Program-made: the position numbers and the translations under genes | DNA from: Promethearchaeota archaeon | GTDB taxonomy: Archaea > Asgardarchaeota > Thorarchaeia > Thorarchaeales > Thorarchaeaceae | DNA length: 44,044 nt | Reading direction: 5' to 3' | Assembly: GCA_048939765.1 (NCBI GenBank) | Contig: JBHLPF010000030.1 | Span: 3,402-47,445 of the forward strand | Notes under the pieces: model-generated | What the model saw: the letters and a program-made list of their open reading frames with translations, nothing else | Database searches by the model: none | What the model was told of the DNA's origin: nothing | Part shown: positions 38,270-44,044 of the stretch, one piece after another | Layout of the letters: every line of letters begins with the position of its first letter | Position numbering within the stretch: position 1 is the stretch's first letter

Positions 38270-41200
38270 TCAGACTCTCGATGAGCGAGATGCCATCTCT
38301 TTCTCAATTGACTCCAGAATGGTATCTATGCGATCGAGAAGCATATCTCTCAGTCGCAATCCAGCTGGCTCTGTGGGAAGCTCCAGTTCAAACGCCTTGA
38401 CGTACATTTGCCTGGCCTGGGTTAATTCTTCACTCAGTATCACCAGGACATTATTCCCCATGTAGGGTATTTCTTCCGATAGATCACGCAACCACTCAAG
38501 ATGATTAACAATCTGTGCGCGCATAGTACTAGAAATGCCAACATCCTCGAGCGATAGTAGCTCTTCAGGGGTAAGTGCATGTTCTAGTGTTGTGACTCGC
38601 CTTCGTGCTCGTGCTACAAAGACGATGGCTAAACCTGTGATCCCCGTTAATCCTAGAAGCAGGATATACGGAGAAATTGGTGGCGAAGTCCATGCAACTA
38701 TGGGGGCCAACTCCCTATGATCAACCTCAGTGAGACCAAAGCGGTCTCTAAATGAGCTAATACGGTACTCAACAGGTTCATCGCGATCACTTGTGAAAGC
38801 CACTTCCCACCGCTCAGTAGTTGAATTATATGCTGCTGGCTTTCCATTGACGATGACCAAGGTATTAGGGTCCGTAATTAGAGCACCATCCGAGGCATAG
38901 CGCAGCTGGAAGTATATTATGACCTCGCTACCCAATAAAACAGATAGTGTATCCGGCGCATCTACTTCAACGATCAAATCCTCAGCAATATTCCTGCCTC
39001 TTACTCCAGCGGATGAAACATAGACACTGTCGAATTTTGCAGTACAGAAAATGCCTCCTTGATTTCTAAGACTAGCTATTGTAGATGTATCATCTTCGAA
39101 TCGTTCTACGAAGTAGTTGAATTCACCAACATCGTTATGGGATACAAAAACGAACCAATATCCACCTGTCGAGTTGTAGCTTGCCTGAGTCCCGTTTATC
39201 CATAGTCTTCCGTTGGAGTTGGTGTATGGCGATTGATCAAATATGTAGTGAATCCAAAATCTAACTTGTGATGATGATCCCAAATCGCTGCGTTCAGGCT
39301 GGGCTCCGCTATCGTAGATCTCGAGCTCATCCCAGATCACGTATGTTTGATCATTGCTAATAACAGCGTTGATTCCATACGTACCGCCATTGATGGAATC
39401 TTCTCGAACCGTATAGCCACGTATTCCAATGAAAGACTGCAGAAATACAGTATCATTCAACTGCAAATTGCCATCAAAAGGTTCGCCATCAAAGGCGTAT
39501 ATAACGGACGTTCCCACAACGATTGGTGTTCCCAAGCCTACTCGATGATAACTGACTGATAGATCAACTATAAGACCATCCCAGATGATGCTCACTTCAT
39601 CATTTGACAGAATGGTATTGATACCATTGTCAAAATCAACAACAGACATTACCGTGAATCCATATCTCCCAACAGTATTTTGTACTAAAGACTGATTGAA
39701 TATCAGGTTTCCATTAAATGGACTGCCATCAAAGGCATATACATAGTCATAATCGAGGACTGTGAGTGCTGATTCATAGACATTTATTCTTTCATCGATG
39801 ACATTCAGAGTAATATTCACTGCATCCCATATAATATATGGTGCGGAAATATCCATTTGGTAGTATGCGGCTCCAGCAACAGCTATATCTGTAACTGGCC
39901 ATTGACGGTAAAGGACGGTTGAACTGGAGTTTGTGAAGGTGACCCATCCTGTTTCATTAATATCGTGCGGCGTTGAGTCTACGTATAATAAACCAGTTTC
40001 AACCGGACTGCTGTTTTCACGCCACACACAATGGAAGTAGATATAGACTAATGTCCCTATATTCACCCGATTCACCAGTCCATCTCCATCACTCACGAAA
40101 GCAGCATCAACTTCGACCACGGGAGCATTAGTCCAAAATACCTCAATCATGATGGTGTCGAATTCTGAAATTCCATACAGACTATCTTGGGCCGAGACCA
40201 CGAGATATTGATAGCGCGCATCTATTGGTCCATTCCAGGTGTCACTGAAATTACCATACTTGCTTTCCGTGCCATTTCTTAGTGTTTCAACTGTAAGAAT
40301 CATAACTCTGCTGTTATCATATTGATAAGTTGCAGTTACCGTGAAGTTCACTAATTCATCATAGTATGCGACGGATGAATCAGCCTCTATAATGACATTC
40401 AGTTTATCCCATATGATGAATCTAGGAGCGTTTTTCTCGCCTACTACGGTCAACCCATACAGAGAATCAGAAACTCCCGAAACTTGGAATGTATATCTAA
40501 CAGGTATTAAATAGACGAAGCTGTGGTTCCAGCGTAGTTGTGTAGGATGCCAGGTCATTGCTGAGCCATTCATGAATAGCGTACCAAATGCACCCTGAAA
40601 GATAGAGCCATCATATTCATAGTGCGCCGTCACGTAAACTTGCCGAGTCGCACCCACGTTTGTCCGGTTATCAGCTTCATCTGTCCAGTAGGATAGGATT
40701 TCAAGTCTATCCCATATCACATAGTCCTCGTCATTTGAAGCAATCAGGGATATGTCATAGGAGTCACCCGATGCGGAAACCACTGTGTAGGCCCACCGAC
40801 CAACATCTGCATGCATATGGATTGTATCATTCAGTTGGAGAGTCCCATCGTATACAGTGCTATCATAGGCATAGATAGCACTTGGTTGAATTGAAGCTGT
40901 AGAACCAACATCAATTCGTCTATCATCGACAGCGATGGTCACAAGCAGCTGGTCCCATATAACGGTCTGTGATTGAGAGTTCTGGTTCACGCTTTGTATT
41001 CCATGGTTGTTGCCAGTACAAGATACCGAATTAAATATGATACCAATGACAGACGTTTCTGTTCGATTGTGCCGCCATAATCCCATTCCGAGATTATCAA
41101 AGACGTATCCACTAACAGTCACGGAACCATCTTCAACAGGAGTATTATCATATTCATATCGCAGAATCACATCCACCCATATTGGATCATCAACATTATC

Positions 41201-44044
41201 ACGCGCATCACTGGCACTTAATGAAAATACCATTACCTGATCCCAGATACACCATGTTATGTCGTTGGAAATGATGGCAGTAATCCCATAGAAGTCATCG
41301 CCAGCAGCACTAAGAACAGTATACCCCTTCTTCATCACTACTGTTGCAATGAAATCAGTATCATTGAGAATCAGAGAACCGTCATAGACCGTATTGTCAT
41401 AGTCATATCTTGCACTGACGACTATGCCTGAAGCATTTTGGTTTACATCTATTCTCTGATCAGTAGGATCTAATATTGAGATTCTGAGTGCATCCCAAAT
41501 GCAGTATGTTTCAGCATCATTTGCTACAGCTGTGATGCCATGGACTCCACCAGAAATTCCCTGTACACCATATCCCTGCCTCTGAGGTGAATTGTAAAGA
41601 AACTGCGTGACATTCAATGAGAGAATGCCATCAAATGTCAAGTTGTCATAATCATATACAGCTGTCACAACTATGCCCGAGGCGTTTGTGCCAATGTTGA
41701 CTCGCTGGTCAAACGGGTCAGTAATTGCGATGGTTAGAGAATCCCAAATGCAATACACCACATCATTTAGACTGATTAGGGTAATTCCATAAGTATCGTC
41801 ACCAGCAGCGTTCAAAACTGTGTAGCCCTTCTTCAATGCCACAGGTGAAACGAATGACGTGTCGTTTAGATTCAAAGTCCCATCATAATCTGAGTTGTCG
41901 AAGTCATATGTTGCTGTGGCACCAATGCCCAATGCATTCTCAAAGATGTTAATCCTGCTATCAATCGGACTTGTTATGCTGATTGTCAGACTATCCCAGA
42001 TGATGCCCTGAAACTGGCCATTCTGGTCAACTTGATTGAGTCCATGCGTACCACCACTGTAGGTAACGGAATTGTAGATAACCTCCTGGACCGACGACTT
42101 GTTCACGGTGATTCGCCAGACACCTCCGCCTACATGACTCATCGGAATGGAATTCACTGTGACCGTTCCATCTGTAACAGGACTAGAATCGAATTCGTAG
42201 ATGAGAGCAATATCGAGGTCCACATTGTCATCGACATTGACTCTGGAATCATCTGGAGAATATGATTGGACTAAGACCCTGTCAGCAGCGTATGTGCCTT
42301 CTATCGATGTTGAGAAAAGATCCTGGGCCCCACTACCCGATCCTTCCTCGACGGCTATCACAGTTATCGTGTCCTCACCTACCGCGTCATCCGCGAAGGC
42401 TGTCAAGGCGAACTGCCCTAAGACCAATGTAGTATCACTCCAAGGTCCAGCGCTAGAACCATATCCTGAGCTCAACACCCAGACATCAGTTTCATTTGAT
42501 AGAGGATGATCGTTTCCTGAGCCTAGATAAAGCAAAGTTCCGCTCACACCGAAGCTGCCGTCAAGAGGCCCCCGGTTGACTGTGCCAGAACCATCAGAAA
42601 TTGTTAGCCCGGAAATATCTAGACGTGTTTCAACATCCCAGTTCACTTCATAGTAGTCTTCGTCCGAATCAATACCGTCTGTTGCATGTTGTCTGATATC
42701 TATGTCTGTCAAGTCAGAGTGGTCCCAATCTATCTTGATTATCCACGTAACTACAAGTTGATTGCCGGCACCAGATGCTGAAGACCATGACGCCAATGCC
42801 ACATTGGCCGCTCCTTGTTGAATTGAGAAAGAGTCAGTCGCGATAGTATATCTCAATGTCCATTCAGATTGAGTGCGGAGATTATCATATAGAGAGATCT
42901 CTACATATTGAAGCGCATCATAGCCATTTCCGTCACTCACATTCGATGTTATAACATAGAATCGATACCTTGCATACAGATTATCAGAATCATCGGCATT
43001 TTCGAGCATTGAAAGGCCATCTGTTGTGTTCACAGGAACTTCATTGGGAGCCTCAGACCATGTGACCTTCTGGGTAGTAGTGATGAAGGCAATTATTCCG
43101 AAATCGGTTTCGGAGCTGACAGAAGAAGCATTGTAGTAGTAAATACCATCAAAAGCGGTATCTCTGAAGAGGGACTTGTTGGAGTCAGTGAACAAGTGCC
43201 ATGCGGTCGTATTGCGAGAGATAACTATCTCGTATGTCGTGCAAGTCGTAGAGTCATAGTCATATGTAACCATCAGTGTGAAGTTCGCCTGCTGCCCATT
43301 GAATAACGAAGCGCCATCTACTGTGATTTCAATCCTGAGTCTGTCCCAAATACAGAATGTGGAATCAGGAGTCGATATTGCGGTTATGCCGTAACCATCA
43401 TCACCGTTTGCTGTGAGGACTTCATAGCCACGTTTGCCTACAGTGGCATAAGTAAACTGGGTGTCGTTCAATACAAAAGTTCCATCGTATTTCGAACCTT
43501 CATAAGCATAGGTTGCACCTACCAAAATGCCAGTTGCATTATCACCAATATTCACTCGTTGGTCAGGTGGATCAGTGATGGAAATTATGAGAGAGTCCCA
43601 AATGCAGTAAGTCTCGGCGTTTTGTCGAATTGTCGTAATTCCAAAGGAATCGTCCCCTGAGGCAAAACTCACTTTATAACCCTGTCTTTGCGCCGAGGGA
43701 TAGCTGAAGAGAGAATTGTTCAAAGCAAGGGAGCCATTATAAACGGCGCCGTCAAAGTCATACCTGGCCGATACGACAATCCCTGATGCATTAGAATTCA
43801 CGTCAATTCTTTGGTCCAGAGGATCAGTCATCTGAATTGTCAAGCTATCCCAGATGCAAGATACCTCATCATTGACTTCGATCACAGTGATACCATAAGT
43901 GTCGTCTCCACTAGCTGAACTGACATTATACCAGTGTTGTTGCGCTGACGCATAGATGAATGCCGTGTCATTTAGAACCAATGTTCCATCATATGCTGAG
44001 CCATCGTACAAGTAGGTCGCCGTTGGGGTAATAGATGCAGTATC
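38270..44044 (-). CDS. Giant repeat-containing single-pass surface protein, N-terminus beyond the window
   Basis: Frame is open to base 44044. More than 1900 aa of beta-rich repeats of about 84 aa, a TM (YILLLGLTGITGLAIVFVA-RARRR) and a helical C-terminal domain of about 105-110 aa. Confidence 0.88.
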   Translation of the reverse strand, partial: DTASITPTATYLYDGSAYDGTLVLNDTAFIYASAQQHWYNVSSASGDDTYGITVIEVNDEVSCIWDSLTIQMTDPLDQRIDVNSNASGIVVSARYDFDGAVYNGSLALNNSLFSYPSAQRQGYKVSFASGDDSFGITTIRQNAETYCIWDSLIISITDPPDQRVNIGDNATGILVGATYAYEGSKYDGTFVLNDTQFTYATVGKRGYEVLTANGDDGYGITAISTPDSTFCIWDRLRIEITVDGASLFNGQQANFTLMVTYDYDSTTCTTYEIVISRNTTAWHLFTDSNKSLFRDTAFDGIYYYNASSVSSETDFGIIAFITTTQKVTWSEAPNEVPVNTTDGLSMLENADDSDNLYARYRFYVITSNVSDGNGYDALQYVEISLYDNLRTQSEWTLRYTIATDSFSIQQGAANVALASWSSASGAGNQLVVTWIIKIDWDHSDLTDIDIRQHATDGIDSDEDYYEVNWDVETRLDISGLTISDGSGTVNRGPLDGSFGVSGTLLYLGSGNDHPLSNETDVWVLSSGYGSSAGPWSDTTLVLGQFALTAFADDAVGEDTITVIAVEEGSGSGAQDLFSTSIEGTYAADRVLVQSYSPDDSRVNVDDNVDLDIALIYEFDSSPVTDGTVTVNSIPMSHVGGGVWRITVNKSSVQEVIYNSVTYSGGTHGLNQVDQNGQFQGIIWDSLTISITSPIDSRINIFENALGIGATATYDFDNSDYDGTLNLNDTSFVSPVALKKGYTVLNAAGDDTYGITLISLNDVVYCIWDSLTIAITDPFDQRVNIGTNASGIVVTAVYDYDNLTFDGILSLNVTQFLYNSPQRQGYGVQGISGGVHGITAVANDAETYCIWDALRISILDPTDQRIDVNQNASGIVVSARYDYDNTVYDGSLILNDTDFIATVVMKKGYTVLSAAGDDFYGITAIISNDITWCIWDQVMVFSLSASDARDNVDDPIWVDVILRYEYDNTPVEDGSVTVSGYVFDNLGMGLWRHNRTETSVIGIIFNSVSCTGNNHGIQSVNQNSQSQTVIWDQLLVTIAVDDRRIDVGSTASIQPSAIYAYDSTVYDGTLQLNDTIHMHADVGRWAYTVVSASGDSYDISLIASNDEDYVIWDRLEILSYWTDEADNRTNVGATRQVYVTAHYEYDGSIFQGAFGTLFMNGSAMTWHPTQLRWNHSFVYLIPVRYTFQVSGVSDSLYGLTVVGEKNAPRFIIWDKLNVIIEADSSVAYYDELVNFTVTATYQYDNSRVMILTVETLRNGTESKYGNFSDTWNGPIDARYQYLVVSAQDSLYGISEFDTIMIEVFWTNAPVVEVDAAFVSDGDGLVNRVNIGTLVYIYFHCVWRENSSPVETGLLYVDSTPHDINETGWVTFTNSSSTVLYRQWPVTDIAVAGAAYYQMDISAPYIIWDAVNITLNVIDERINVYESALTVLDYDYVYAFDGSPFNGNLIFNQSLVQNTVGRYGFTVMSVVDFDNGINTILSNDEVSIIWDGLIVDLSVSYHRVGLGTPIVVGTSVIYAFDGEPFDGNLQLNDTVFLQSFIGIRGYTVREDSINGGTYGINAVISNDQTYVIWDELEIYDSGAQPERSDLGSSSQVRFWIHYIFDQSPYTNSNGRLWINGTQASYNSTGGYWFVFVSHNDVGEFNYFVERFEDDTSTIASLRNQGGIFCTAKFDSVYVSSAGVRGRNIAEDLIVEVDAPDTLSVLLGSEVIIYFQLRYASDGALITDPNTLVIVNGKPAAYNSTTERWEVAFTSDRDEPVEYRISSFRDRFGLTEVDHRELAPIVAWTSPPISPYILLLGLTGITGLAIVFVARARRRVTTLEHALTPEELLSLEDVGISSTMRAQIVNHLEWLRDLSEEIPYMGNNVLVILSEELTQARQMYVKAFELELPTEPAGLRLRDMLLDRIDTILESIEKEMASRSSRV
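39300..44044 (-). repeat. Intragenic degenerate tandem repeats (about 84 aa / 252 bp unit marked by IWD)
   Basis: 13 IWD motifs counted. Consensus IWDSL.I...DP.DQRI.V..NASGI...A.YD.D...YDG.L.LNDT.F.......GY.V....GDD.YGIT.I..N....C. First-to-second IWD spacing is 84 aa. Confidence 0.85.

Noticed and set aside
39300-44044. CRISPR array or DGR-type repeats
   Set aside because: The repeats are degenerate, in frame and protein coding; no cas or reverse transcriptase gene is present.

Overview
Gene-dense archaeal chromosomal segment, most likely from an Asgard archaeon (Thorarchaeia-like). This assignment is an inference from TATA-type promoters, an archaeal ATP-dependent DNA ligase, a type 2 IPP isomerase, a TPR+longin protein, a WD40+helical protein and beta-helix/Ig-like surface proteins. 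I found no rRNA, tRNA, CRISPR array or mobile element. Most genes are housekeeping or metabolic: ABC peptide-binding protein, enoyl-CoA hydratase, LigA, carbamate kinase, RidA, ADP-forming acyl-CoA synthetase, IDI-2, deacetylase, amidohydrolase, thioredoxin, ATP ligase, MBL hydrolase, YyaL, radical SAM/SPASM and two GNATs. Two things stand out. (1) A candidate cytoskeletal locus at about 8.2-16.3 kb. A divergent tubulin/FtsZ-superfamily GTPase has a C-terminus that aligns by eye to tubulin helices H11-H12. It sits in an apparent operon between an 895-aa helical-repeat protein and a 364-aa unknown protein, head-to-head with a WD40 + MIT-like + coiled-coil + Lys-tail protein. (2) An intact, translationally coupled purQ-purL-like pair in which the known catalytic residues of both subunits are substituted, suggesting a repurposed pseudoenzyme complex. 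The window also holds an unannotated 48-aa tail-anchored ORF and a giant (>1900 aa, truncated) repeat surface protein with a cytoplasmic domain. All family calls come from motif recognition by eye; no searches were run.
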